Made by a program: the position numbers and the translations under genes | Part shown: piece after piece, positions 42,868 to 51,168 of the stretch | Position numbering within the stretch: position 1 is the first letter of the stretch | Layout of the letters: every line of letters starts with the position of its first letter | Assembly: GCA_044222195.1 (NCBI GenBank) | Contig: JBGANS010000004.1 | Coordinates: 197,669 to 261,668, forward strand | Direction of reading: 5' to 3' | From: Phycisphaerales bacterium | GTDB lineage: Bacteria > Planctomycetota > Phycisphaerae > Phycisphaerales > UBA1924 | Length of the DNA: 64,000 bases | The notes under the pieces: model-generated | The model's database searches: none | Told to the model about the DNA's origin: nothing | What the model saw: the letters and a program-made list of their open reading frames with translations, nothing else

Positions 42868-44010
42868 CTACTCGTTGCCCGGCCAACCCGCGGTGACAAA
42901 CTTGCCGTCACGATGGAAGACGATTCCGTCGGCCTCGATCGTGCCGCCACGACGCAGGTCGCACACCATATCCCAGTGCAGCCCCGAATCGTTGGTATTG
43001 CCGCTTTCCGGGTATCCCGCGCCGACGGCCGCATGGAACGTCCCGCCGATCTTTTCATCGAACAGAGTGTTCCGGGAAAAGTCCTTGATTCCGTAGTTGG
43101 TGCCGATGGCGATTTCGCCGAGGTTCCGCGCGCCCGGGTCCTGGTCGAGCATCTTGATGAGAAACTCTTCGTTCTTCTTCGCCGAGGCATCCACCACGCG
43201 GCCGCCCTTGAACACGAGCCGCACGCCCTCAACCTCGCGGCCTTGGTACACCGCGGGGAATGTGTAGTTCACATGGCCATCGACGCCCTGCGGGCCGGTG
43301 AACACTTCACCGTCGGGAAAGTTTTCGGTTCCCGCGCAGTTGATCCAGTGTGACTTGGTGGGATTGACATCCACCGTAAGATCCGTGCCGTCATGGCCCT
43401 CCATGGCGGGGGCCCGGAAACGCAGCACCTTCTTGTCCTTCAGGTAATCGCACACCCGCTGCTGCCGGTCCTGGATCTTCATCCACGCCGCCACGGGATC
43501 GGACAGGTGGAGCAGGCCCGCGCCGTAGACGAAGTCTTCGTACGCGCGGAGCGACATCTCCGCATCCTGAGCGGAGCCGTTGGTCGGGAAGAGCGTGCCG
43601 CACCACCGCATCTTCCCCTCGGCCGCACGCTCCATGAACCGCTTCATGATCGGCTTCCTCGAAGACTGAAGCATCGCGGCGCGCTTCGGATCCACCTTTC
43701 CAAGGAACTTCGTATTCAGGTCCGCCCAGAGACCGATGTGGACGTCGATCGTCTCGACGCGGTGCTTCTCAATCGGAGAGATGAACTTGAGCTGCTCTTC
43801 GCTGCCGTGACTGAGCATGAGTTCCTGGAGTGACTCGGACCGGGTGGTCCAGTAGGGATTGCCGCCCGCCCTCACCACCGCCGCGTAGATCGCTTCGATC
43901 AGCGGCATCGCGACGGGTTCGGCGTGGATCTGGACAAGATCTCCGGGCTTGACGCGGGTGGAGTACCGGACGATGACATCGGCGAGCTTTTCGACACGGA
44001 TATCGGCCAT
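42868..44010 (-). CDS. M29 family aminopeptidase (AmpS/PepS-like)
   Basis: N-terminus MADIRVEKLADVIVRYSTRVKPGDLV..., then ..NFPDGEVFTGP.. and ..GEIAIGTN..LFDEKIGGTFHAAVG.. are typical of thermophilic-metalloprotease M29 enzymes. Confidence 0.85.
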   Translation of the reverse strand: MADIRVEKLADVIVRYSTRVKPGDLVQIHAEPVAMPLIEAIYAAVVRAGGNPYWTTRSESLQELMLSHGSEEQLKFISPIEKHRVETIDVHIGLWADLNTKFLGKVDPKRAAMLQSSRKPIMKRFMERAAEGKMRWCGTLFPTNGSAQDAEMSLRAYEDFVYGAGLLHLSDPVAAWMKIQDRQQRVCDYLKDKKVLRFRAPAMEGHDGTDLTVDVNPTKSHWINCAGTENFPDGEVFTGPQGVDGHVNYTFPAVYQGREVEGVRLVFKGGRVVDASAKKNEEFLIKMLDQDPGARNLGEIAIGTNYGIKDFSRNTLFDEKIGGTFHAAVGAGYPESGNTNDSGLHWDMVCDLRRGGTIEADGIVFHRDGKFVTAGWPGNE

Positions 44011-44172
44011 TTCGGGGTCCTCCCGGGGTGGGCACTATAGAGTCAATCCCGGCCGCGACGGCGTTTCTTGGCGGAACTTTGTACGCTTACGGGCGTACCA
44101 CTCGGGGCCGCCCTGTCGGTCATCGCGGCCCTACGCTTTGCCCTTCCGATGTCGCACTCTTGGGGAGTCACC

Positions 44173-44793
44173 ATGCGTCCGATCGAACGAATTGTTGTCC
44201 TCGGCGGAGTTCTCGCGGCGATCCTCATCAGCCTCGCCGGACGGGTGGGAGATTCCCGTGCGTTCGCGGCCCCCACCACGGTCGCACCTGGCCCGATGAA
44301 GTTCGGAACGGTGGATGTATTTGTGGTCGCTGAAGCACTGATGGAAGCGCCCGAACTCAAGAAAATGCGTACCGACGCCGTGTCCACCTGGCAGGCGAAG
44401 TCCGATTCGATCAACAAGGAACTCAAAGAGCTGGACACCGACCTGTCCATCCTGCCGCAGAACGACCCGAAGGTCCAGGACATCATGAAGAAGGTCGAGA
44501 TCAAGCGGCAGGATTACCAGAAACTGGTGCAGGATCGCATGGCCGATCTCGAGCGGATCAACTCCACGCAGCTCATTGACGCGTATGGGAGAATCCGGGC
44601 CGCGGCCGAGAAGGTCGCGGCGCAGCAGGAGTACACGCACGTGTTCTCAAGCCGCGAGTACGCGCGGCAGATCACCACGACCTCACTGTCGCAAACCCTG
44701 CAGGAGTTGCTGGCCCGGCCCATCATCAACGGGGGCCAAGTCGACGACTTGACCAAGGCGGTTCTGGCGGAGTTGAAAGTAGCTCCGAAGTAA
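44173..44793 (+). CDS. OmpH/Skp-like periplasmic chaperone
   Basis: The ATG at 44173 gives a signal/anchor MRPIERIVVLGGVLAAILISLAG. This is followed by ..FGTVDVFVVAEALMEAPELKKM..INKELKELDTDL..KRQDYQKLVQDRMADLERINSTQL.. (coiled-coil arms typical of OmpH). Confidence 0.7.
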   Translation: MRPIERIVVLGGVLAAILISLAGRVGDSRAFAAPTTVAPGPMKFGTVDVFVVAEALMEAPELKKMRTDAVSTWQAKSDSINKELKELDTDLSILPQNDPKVQDIMKKVEIKRQDYQKLVQDRMADLERINSTQLIDAYGRIRAAAEKVAAQQEYTHVFSSREYARQITTTSLSQTLQELLARPIINGGQVDDLTKAVLAELKVAPK

Positions 44794-44806
44794 TCGATGG
44801 CCTCGC

Positions 44807-45133
44807 CTAGCGACGGGCCGTGCGGCGCTTCGCGATGACGACCTCCGGCGAAGCGGGCGCCGGCGGCGGTGCGAGCAGACTCGGAAAGAGCCGCTCGGCG
44901 TCAACCCAGTTGCCGATGTCCGCCCCGCCGCGAAGCTGCCAGAGCGCGTGGGCGATGGCCCCAGTCAGCGCGCCGGTCACTTCCACGGACTCGGGCCCGC
45001 CCGCCGAAACCCAGACGCGAGCCTTGCCACCCGGGCCACGTTCACATCGAATCGCAGGCACGCGGACGGTCGGCGGCGGCGTGCCGGGGGCCGTCGAGCT
45101 CTTGACTTTGCTGGATCGAACTTCCGCGGCCAT
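44807..45133 (-). CDS. Small hypothetical protein with a DUF2934-like C-terminal segment
   Basis: The ATG at 45133 is preceded by a strong AAGGAGG. The C-terminal ..AIAHALWQLRGGADIGNWVDAERLF.. resembles the DUF2934 pattern (tentative). Starting at 45190 would overlap the tRNA. Confidence 0.5.
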   Translation of the reverse strand: MAAEVRSSKVKSSTAPGTPPPTVRVPAIRCERGPGGKARVWVSAGGPESVEVTGALTGAIAHALWQLRGGADIGNWVDAERLFPSLLAPPPAPASPEVVIAKRRTARR

Positions 45134-45181
45134 TCCCGCCTCCTTGGCTTCAAGCCTTGCCCGGAATACGCACGGGGAAAA

Positions 45182-45255
45182 TGGGCGCAACAGGACTCGA
45201 ACCTGTGACCTCAGCTATGTGACAGCTGCGCTCTAGCCAACTGAGCTATGCGCCC
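45182..45255 (-). tRNA. tRNA-Val (anticodon CAC)
   Basis: The reverse complement is GGGCGCA-TA-GCTC-AGTTGGCTA-GAGC-G-CAGCT-GTCACAT-AGCTG-AGGTC-ACAGG-TTCGAGT-CCTGT-TGCGCCC-A. This gives a full cloverleaf with U33, anticodon CAC and A37, a T-loop TTCGAGT, and no encoded CCA. Confidence 0.9.
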
Positions 45256-45342
45256 GAGAGACGGCTTTCGCCGTTGGCCACAAGGATAGGACCCGCGTCC
45301 CCTCCTGTCATCACCGTGGACGGACTTCCCTGTGGCTGGGGA

Positions 45343-45837
45343 ATGAGTATGCTGATACGCATGCCACCATCAGATCCAGGCCGATCGTTCGCCTATCAAA
45401 GCGACATTGGCTACGAGCGCAGCCGCATCCACGCCGCCGCGATCTACTGCTCCGACGGCCGAGTGGGTGAGCACTTTGACGACTTCCTGCAGGTCGGATT
45501 GAAGCTCCCTCGCTACGACCGCGTCGCGCTCCCGGGAGGCCCGGCTTGCCTCGCCGGGCACCCTCAGGCTCACCTTGAAGAACAAGGCGTTGTCGATGAG
45601 TTGCAGTTTCTCGTCCAGTTTCACAAGTTGACGCGCATCGTGCTCATCGCCCACCAGGGCTGTGCGTTCTACGCGTCGCGGCTGGAACTCAAGGAACCGC
45701 GGCTGGAGCTGGTGCAGAGAGCCGACCTTGTCCGGGCGACCGCCTTCGTTCACCGAGTAACCGGGCTCGACTCAATCGAGGCCTACTTCGCTCGACTGGC
45801 TGAGGGCTCCATCCGGTTCGAACGGGTCGACGTCTGA
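45343..45837 (+). CDS. Hypothetical protein with beta-carbonic-anhydrase-like CxDxR / HxxC motifs
   Basis: From the ATG at 45343 it reads MSMLIRM... It contains ..AAIYCSDGRVGEH.. and ..IVLIAHQGCAFY.., reminiscent of the CSDSR and HxxCG zinc-site motifs of beta-class carbonic anhydrases. Function is not established. Confidence 0.5.
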   Translation: MSMLIRMPPSDPGRSFAYQSDIGYERSRIHAAAIYCSDGRVGEHFDDFLQVGLKLPRYDRVALPGGPACLAGHPQAHLEEQGVVDELQFLVQFHKLTRIVLIAHQGCAFYASRLELKEPRLELVQRADLVRATAFVHRVTGLDSIEAYFARLAEGSIRFERVDV

Positions 45838-45838
45838 A

Positions 45839-47437
45839 TCACGCGGCGGAATCCTTCGTGGCCAGACGCAGGATGTTCGCCTGCGTCATTTCATCGCCAC
45901 GAAGCTCGCCAGTGAGTCGCCCCTGGCACAACACGAGAATACGGTCGGAAAGGGCCAGCAACTCGGGCATCTCGCTGGACACGAGCAGCACCGCGGCTCC
46001 ACGATCAGCCGCCTCGCGAACGAGGCGGTACACCTCCGCCTTGGTGCCTACATCGATTCCTCGCGTCGGCTCATCCATCAGGAGGACTTTCACGTCGGGA
46101 CTCATCCACCGCGCGATGAGGAGCTTCTGCTGATTGCCGCCGGAGAGAGCCCCCGGTGCGATGGCGGGATAGGCGGCCTTGACCTGGAACTCCTTGAGGC
46201 GGGCGGTGGTGAGCGACTTTTCCGCTCGAAGGCTGCGCACGCCCGCTCGGGCGAGACGCGGCATGACGGGCACCACAATGTTCTCATCGCAGCCCAGCTG
46301 GAAAAACAACCCCTGGAGTCGTCGGTCTTCCGGCACGTACCCGACGCCGGCCCGAATGAGGTTTCGTGGGGACGACGCGTCGATGCCGCGCCCTTCGACC
46401 CTCACCGTCCCGGTGGCGTGCGCATCGAGGCCGAAGATGGCATCCAGCAGCTCCGACCGGCCCGACCCGACGAGGCCGCCCACGCCGACGATTTCGCCGG
46501 CCCTGACGTTGAGAGAAACTCCGGCGAGCTTCCCGGGAGACGCCACGGAGGCGACCTCGAGCACCGTTCGCTCTGACGCAACGTGGGGCTTGCCACCATC
46601 AGCCAACGCACGAAGCGCGGAAGCTTCATCGATTCCCGGCGCGCGTCTGTCCCGCCGCGACACCGCCTCGATTTTCCGCCCGATCATCTGTTCAACCAGA
46701 ACGCTTTCATTTATTTCAGCGATGCGAGAAGTGCCGATGAACTTGCCGTCACGCAGGACCGTGACACGGTCGCAGCAGGCAAAGATCTCGCCCATGCGAT
46801 GAGACACGTAAATGATCGTGAGGCCCTCGGAGGCAAGTTGGCGAACGATCTTGAGGAGGCGCTCGGTCTCCGCGATGGACAGGGAGCTGGTGGGTTCGTC
46901 AAAGACAATGACCCGTGCCGCGTGCCCGGCGGCGCCCTGCTTGCCCTCATCCAGCGCCGCCGCGATCTGCACGATCTGGCGGTGACCGGGTGAAAGCGAG
47001 CCGAGGGATGCGGTGGGCTCAATGCCGGGCTCGATTCGCGCCAGCAGTTTGGCCGCCCGACGGTTCATGGCGGCGCGGTCCACGATGAATCCCGCCTTGC
47101 GGGGCAGATCGTGGAGACAGAGATTCTCAGCGACGGTCAGGTTCGGACATTGGGCGAGTTCCTGGTGAACGATGCGCACGCCCGCCGCGAAAGCTTCGTC
47201 GATGGATCCCGCGGCCAGCGGCCTTCCATCGATCGTGACCGTCCCGTTGTCCTGACGGTGCAGTCCGGCAATGACCTTGCCCAGTGTGCTCTTGCCCGCC
47301 CCATTCTCGCCCATCAGGGCGTGGACCTCGCCGGCGAGGAATGAGACGGACACATTGTCGAGGGCCTGAGTGATGCCGAAGCGTTTGGAAACGCCTTCAA
47401 CGCGAAGCAGCGTGGTGCCGTGCGGGTCGCTCGCCAT
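45839..47437 (-). CDS. Sugar ABC transporter ATP-binding protein (tandem ABC domains, RbsA/MglA-like)
   Basis: It has two ABC cassettes: Walker A GENGAGKST plus LSPGHRQIV plus VIVFDEPTSSL, and a second cassette with LSGGNQQKL plus LLMDEPTRGID. Confidence 0.9.
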   Translation of the reverse strand: MASDPHGTTLLRVEGVSKRFGITQALDNVSVSFLAGEVHALMGENGAGKSTLGKVIAGLHRQDNGTVTIDGRPLAAGSIDEAFAAGVRIVHQELAQCPNLTVAENLCLHDLPRKAGFIVDRAAMNRRAAKLLARIEPGIEPTASLGSLSPGHRQIVQIAAALDEGKQGAAGHAARVIVFDEPTSSLSIAETERLLKIVRQLASEGLTIIYVSHRMGEIFACCDRVTVLRDGKFIGTSRIAEINESVLVEQMIGRKIEAVSRRDRRAPGIDEASALRALADGGKPHVASERTVLEVASVASPGKLAGVSLNVRAGEIVGVGGLVGSGRSELLDAIFGLDAHATGTVRVEGRGIDASSPRNLIRAGVGYVPEDRRLQGLFFQLGCDENIVVPVMPRLARAGVRSLRAEKSLTTARLKEFQVKAAYPAIAPGALSGGNQQKLLIARWMSPDVKVLLMDEPTRGIDVGTKAEVYRLVREAADRGAAVLLVSSEMPELLALSDRILVLCQGRLTGELRGDEMTQANILRLATKDSAA

Positions 47438-47455
47438 TCGTGCTCAACCGAACAG

Positions 47456-47485
47456 AACGAGCAGGACCTTTCGGCCTTGCTCGTT
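47456..47485 (-). promoter_or_regulatory. Intercistronic stem-loop between the binding-protein and ATPase genes
   Basis: In the 65-bp gap, AACGAGCA..(GGCCGAAAGGTCC)..TGCTCGTT forms an 8-bp outer stem with further internal pairing on the transcribed strand. Confidence 0.35.
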
Positions 47486-47502
47486 GGCATGTTACTCAGA
47501 TC

Positions 47503-48513
47503 TCAGCCGCCGCTCTTGGGCGTCCCTTTGTCTTCGCCGAGCCACTTGGACCACTGCTTGCCGTATTCCTCGGCGTTCTGCTTGGTCACGCGGACCAGTT
47601 CCGCCTTGACGACGGGCTCGCTCGGAGTCTTCTTGTTGACGATCTTGTCCACCAGCAGGCGGACCGACTCAAATCCCCACTCGTAGACTTTTTGCCCCAG
47701 AAGCACCTCGACCTGACCGTTGCGGACGTACACGAGTTGCTGGCGCAAGGCATCAACCGCCACAACCTTTGCTTTGCCCGCTATGTTGTCGAGCGCATTG
47801 TCGGTGAACAGCGGCCATCCGCCGACCATCGCCCAGCCCGTGATGTCCGGGTTCGTTCGCTGGACTTCCTCAAGCTTTGCCACGGCATCCTGCGCCGTTT
47901 CCTTGTGGTAATACGTGTCCTTGATCTTGATATTCGCGTGCTTCTTCAGTTCATCCTTGACGCCCGCGACTCGCTTCTGGAGGTTCGGCGCCGTCTGGTT
48001 GCCCGCGAGGATCGCGACAACGCCCTTGTCACCCATCGCCTTGGCGAGTTCCACGCCCACCTGCTTGCCGCAGGCGAAGTCGTCTGTCCCGTAATAGGCG
48101 AACCGCTTGCTCTCAGGGGCGTCGGAGTCAAAGCAGACGACTGGCACTCCCTTGTCGACCGCCGCGTTGATCGCAAGGGTCATCGTCTTGGCGTCTGAAC
48201 AGCTCACCGCGATGCCGTCGGCGCCGGCCGCGACCAGCCGCTCCATGTAATCCGCCTGTTTCTGAGCATCTTCAGACGTCGGTGTCTGCCAGTCGATCTT
48301 GATCTCGACGCCCAGCTGCTTGCCGAGCTCCTTCGCCGCGTCGTTGGCGCCTGTCCGGGCCGCAAGGAACACAGGATTGTTCTGGCTCTTGGCGATGAGC
48401 CCGATCGTGATCGTTTTCGCTTCACGCTCGCCGCCGGTCAGTCCGCCCAGCACACCGAGCATTCCCGCCGCGGCAACGCACGCCGCGGCCCTGATCCAAC
48501 CACTCGTCTTCAT
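47503..48513 (-). CDS. Sugar ABC transporter periplasmic substrate-binding protein (RbsB-like, PBP type I)
   Basis: The ATG at 48513 follows GGGAGA. Signal peptide MKTSGWIRAAACVAAAGMLGVLG. ..ITIGLIAKSQNNPVFLAARTGANDAAKELG.. and ..DGIAVSCSDA.. are typical of ribose/galactose-type binding proteins. Confidence 0.85.
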   Translation of the reverse strand: MKTSGWIRAAACVAAAGMLGVLGGLTGGEREAKTITIGLIAKSQNNPVFLAARTGANDAAKELGKQLGVEIKIDWQTPTSEDAQKQADYMERLVAAGADGIAVSCSDAKTMTLAINAAVDKGVPVVCFDSDAPESKRFAYYGTDDFACGKQVGVELAKAMGDKGVVAILAGNQTAPNLQKRVAGVKDELKKHANIKIKDTYYHKETAQDAVAKLEEVQRTNPDITGWAMVGGWPLFTDNALDNIAGKAKVVAVDALRQQLVYVRNGQVEVLLGQKVYEWGFESVRLLVDKIVNKKTPSEPVVKAELVRVTKQNAEEYGKQWSKWLGEDKGTPKSGG

Positions 48514-48575
48514 GTTCGTTTCTCCCACTTTGGCGTCCTGGTTGGACGCGACAGTTTGACACTCGTTCCTGAATC

Positions 48576-49784
48576 CTACCCGCGGCCGGCCGTAAGCCGT
48601 TGTTTGGCCTGATCCACCACTACGGCGATGATGATGGCCAACCCAATGATGATCAGCTTGTAGTTCGAATCGATCCCCAGCACGACGATGCCGTTTTCGA
48701 TCAGTTGGATGACCACAGCGCCGAGCATCGCCCCGAAAGCCGAGCCTCGCCCGCCGCTGAGAGATGCCCCGCCGACGACCGCCGCGGCGATGACGTCGAG
48801 TTCATACCCAGTTCCCGCGTCAGAGGCGACCGCCCCGTAGTAGCCCAGGCGGATCAGGGCCGCCAGTCCCGCGAGCAAGCCCCCGACGGTGAAGAGCACA
48901 ATCTTCACTCGGCCAACCGGAATGCCCGCGTACCGACCCGCGGTTTCATTCCCGCCTATCGCAAATGTCCGCCGTCCGAACACCGTGCTTCGGAGCACGA
49001 TCGCGCCCGCGAGCGCCACGGCAACCATGAACACCATGGGGACCGGGTTGACTCCGCCGAGGGACTTCTTGAAAAAGCCGAGCGTCAGCGCGGATGGGAA
49101 GTCGCCGATCGATTGCCCCTTGGTGACGACAAAGGCAATCCCCCGGTACACGGCCATACCGCCGAGGGTCACGATGAACGGGTGCACCTTCAGCCCGACG
49201 ACCGCCGACCCATTCACCGCGCCGCACGCCGCCCCCACGCCGCAGCACACGACAAACCCCAGCGGCAGCGCGACCGCGAGGGAGGCGTCCGGCCCGAGGG
49301 CGTGCATGACAAACGATCCCGCGACCGCTGCGACGGCGTACACAGAACCGATTGACAGGTCAATCCCGCCGGAAATGATGATGCCGGACATGCCCACCGC
49401 CATGATGGCAATAAAGCTGGAAACCGTGGCAACGCCGACCAGGTTCTCCTTGTTGAAGAACTTGTTGACCTTGATGATCCTGCGCAGCACCGGCGCATCG
49501 CCCGAATCGAGCAACTCGAACCCGTCCGCTGCCATGTACGATCGCACGCGCCCATCGGGCGACTTGACTTGGAACCCGCCATCGACGGTGACAAGACTGC
49601 CGCCCTCGGGCACGCTGACCCGCTGGGTGCGGGTGATCGACTCGGTGGCCAGCGAAAGTCCGAGCATCATGAAGAGGATGACGACGATCAGCCCCGACTC
49701 CTGGGCCGACACGAGCCGGACCCACCTGGAACGGCGGGGAGCGAGGCGGGTGGAGCGCTGGCTTGATCTGGAATCGTGAGTCAC
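48576..49784 (-). CDS. Sugar ABC transporter permease (RbsC/AraH-like) with an N-terminal extension
   Basis: It has about 10 TM spans. ..GGIDLSIGSVYAVAAV.. and ..GGASLSGGRGSAFGAMLGAVVI.. are typical of the branched monosaccharide permease family. An extra ~90-aa loop follows the first TM span. Confidence 0.85.
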   Translation of the reverse strand: MTHDSRSSQRSTRLAPRRSRWVRLVSAQESGLIVVILFMMLGLSLATESITRTQRVSVPEGGSLVTVDGGFQVKSPDGRVRSYMAADGFELLDSGDAPVLRRIIKVNKFFNKENLVGVATVSSFIAIMAVGMSGIIISGGIDLSIGSVYAVAAVAGSFVMHALGPDASLAVALPLGFVVCCGVGAACGAVNGSAVVGLKVHPFIVTLGGMAVYRGIAFVVTKGQSIGDFPSALTLGFFKKSLGGVNPVPMVFMVAVALAGAIVLRSTVFGRRTFAIGGNETAGRYAGIPVGRVKIVLFTVGGLLAGLAALIRLGYYGAVASDAGTGYELDVIAAAVVGGASLSGGRGSAFGAMLGAVVIQLIENGIVVLGIDSNYKLIIIGLAIIIAVVVDQAKQRLTAGRG

Positions 49785-49853
49785 GGGTCGGCAAGTCTAC
49801 CAGAAAGCCCACCTTGGCCGGCCCGACGGGACCTCAGAGAGCCATCGGACGCT

Positions 49854-50783
49854 TCAGTCGATGGTCTGGACCCGACTACTCCGGGTTGGATCGATCAGGT
49901 TCACGTTCTGGGGGTTGGTGTTCGGAGCGCTCTGCGGGCTGCGGAAGAACGTGTCATGGATGTTCTCTTTGAGGAACTGGGCGTGGCCGTCCGTGAAGAC
50001 AAAGTTGGCCCCCGTGACGCCGTGATTGTCGACCTTGGCGTATCGACCAGCGGACGGTGCGCCGGCGAAGATGGAGGCGGGTGTCTGGGCCCCCGGTGAA
50101 GTCGCCCCCGCGCCATACCACGCTTTCGTGCCGACGTCCGCGCAGTCAGTTTCGTCGCCCCAGAGGGGTGCGGGGTTGATGATGTTGGACTCATCGGTCT
50201 TGAAGCCGGCGATATAGAGGTAACTGATGTTGTAGTGAATGACGTCCTCTTCCTTGCCAGGGGCCTCCGGCTTCTTGATCTTGCTGGTGCCCGGGTAGTT
50301 CAGTGTGTTCCCGATGTACGGGTTTCCGAAGTATCGATCCTGCTTGTCGGACGGGCAGAGCAGCACTCCCAGACCCTCGAGGTACGGTTGCATCAGGGGC
50401 CCGCTCGGCGAGGGCTGCCCGTTGGGCAGCAGGTACGGCGAACCCGTCAGCGAAGCGTTCCCCCAGCCCACATCAACCCCATCCCCGATTTGACGGAGGC
50501 TGAAGAGCCCCGCCACCCCTCCATACACGTTCTGGTTCGAGTAGATGTTCCCCGGCGTCTGGGCTCCCGGCACCGGCATCACCGGATACCAACTCCGGTT
50601 CTCGTTCGCGTACAGCGTCAGTGCCAGCCCCATCTGGCGGACATTCGCGAGACACTTGCCGATTTGCGCCGAAGCGCGAGCCTTTCCCAGCGCCGGAAGC
50701 AGAATTCCGATCAGCAGCGCGATGATCGCTATCACCACGAGCAACTCGATGAGTGTGAACCCGCGACGCAGCTTCGTTTTCAT
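49854..50783 (-). CDS. Prepilin-type N-terminal cleavage/methylation domain protein, DUF1559-like with an H-X9-DG-like tail
   Basis: The ATG at 50783 reads [40 protein letters not shown]. The C-terminus is ..[22 protein letters not shown] (H-x10-DG). The track ORF start at 50915 is over-extended. Confidence 0.85.
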   Translation of the reverse strand: MKTKLRRGFTLIELLVVIAIIALLIGILLPALGKARASAQIGKCLANVRQMGLALTLYANENRSWYPVMPVPGAQTPGNIYSNQNVYGGVAGLFSLRQIGDGVDVGWGNASLTGSPYLLPNGQPSPSGPLMQPYLEGLGVLLCPSDKQDRYFGNPYIGNTLNYPGTSKIKKPEAPGKEEDVIHYNISYLYIAGFKTDESNIINPAPLWGDETDCADVGTKAWYGAGATSPGAQTPASIFAGAPSAGRYAKVDNHGVTGANFVFTDGHAQFLKENIHDTFFRSPQSAPNTNPQNVNLIDPTRSSRVQTID

Positions 50784-51168
50784 GAAAGGCCCTTCGATTC
50801 CTCTGCGCTCTTGAACACACATCCCCGCCGCGCCGAGTGGTTCAAGGTACTCTGCCGAACGCAACATGGTCAAGGTCGAGATGGCGACTTCCGCACGGTT
50901 CAATGGGCGTTTCACGCCGCATAACTGAAAAGGAGGAATACGCCCTATCTGCCGTCAAAACGCGGCGGATTCCCGCGTACTGGCGCGGCCCCCGCCACCC
51001 GCTCGCCATTCCATGGAGCAGCGCCGCGCCTCCGATTCACCTTGGATTCCCGGCCGTTTTCATTATCATCGGCGGCAGACACGGAGGGGCTGCGGGCCGG
51101 GCCCACCCCACCACTTTCCACCGTTTTCCGTGCTCGCCGGCGGCGGGCCACACTTGGGAGTACACACG

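Noticed and set aside
44807-45837. tRNA-Val flanks as a genomic-island integration site
   Set aside because: I see no integrase, no direct repeat of the tRNA 3' end, and no compositional break. The flanking genes are small hypotheticals with native-looking codon usage.
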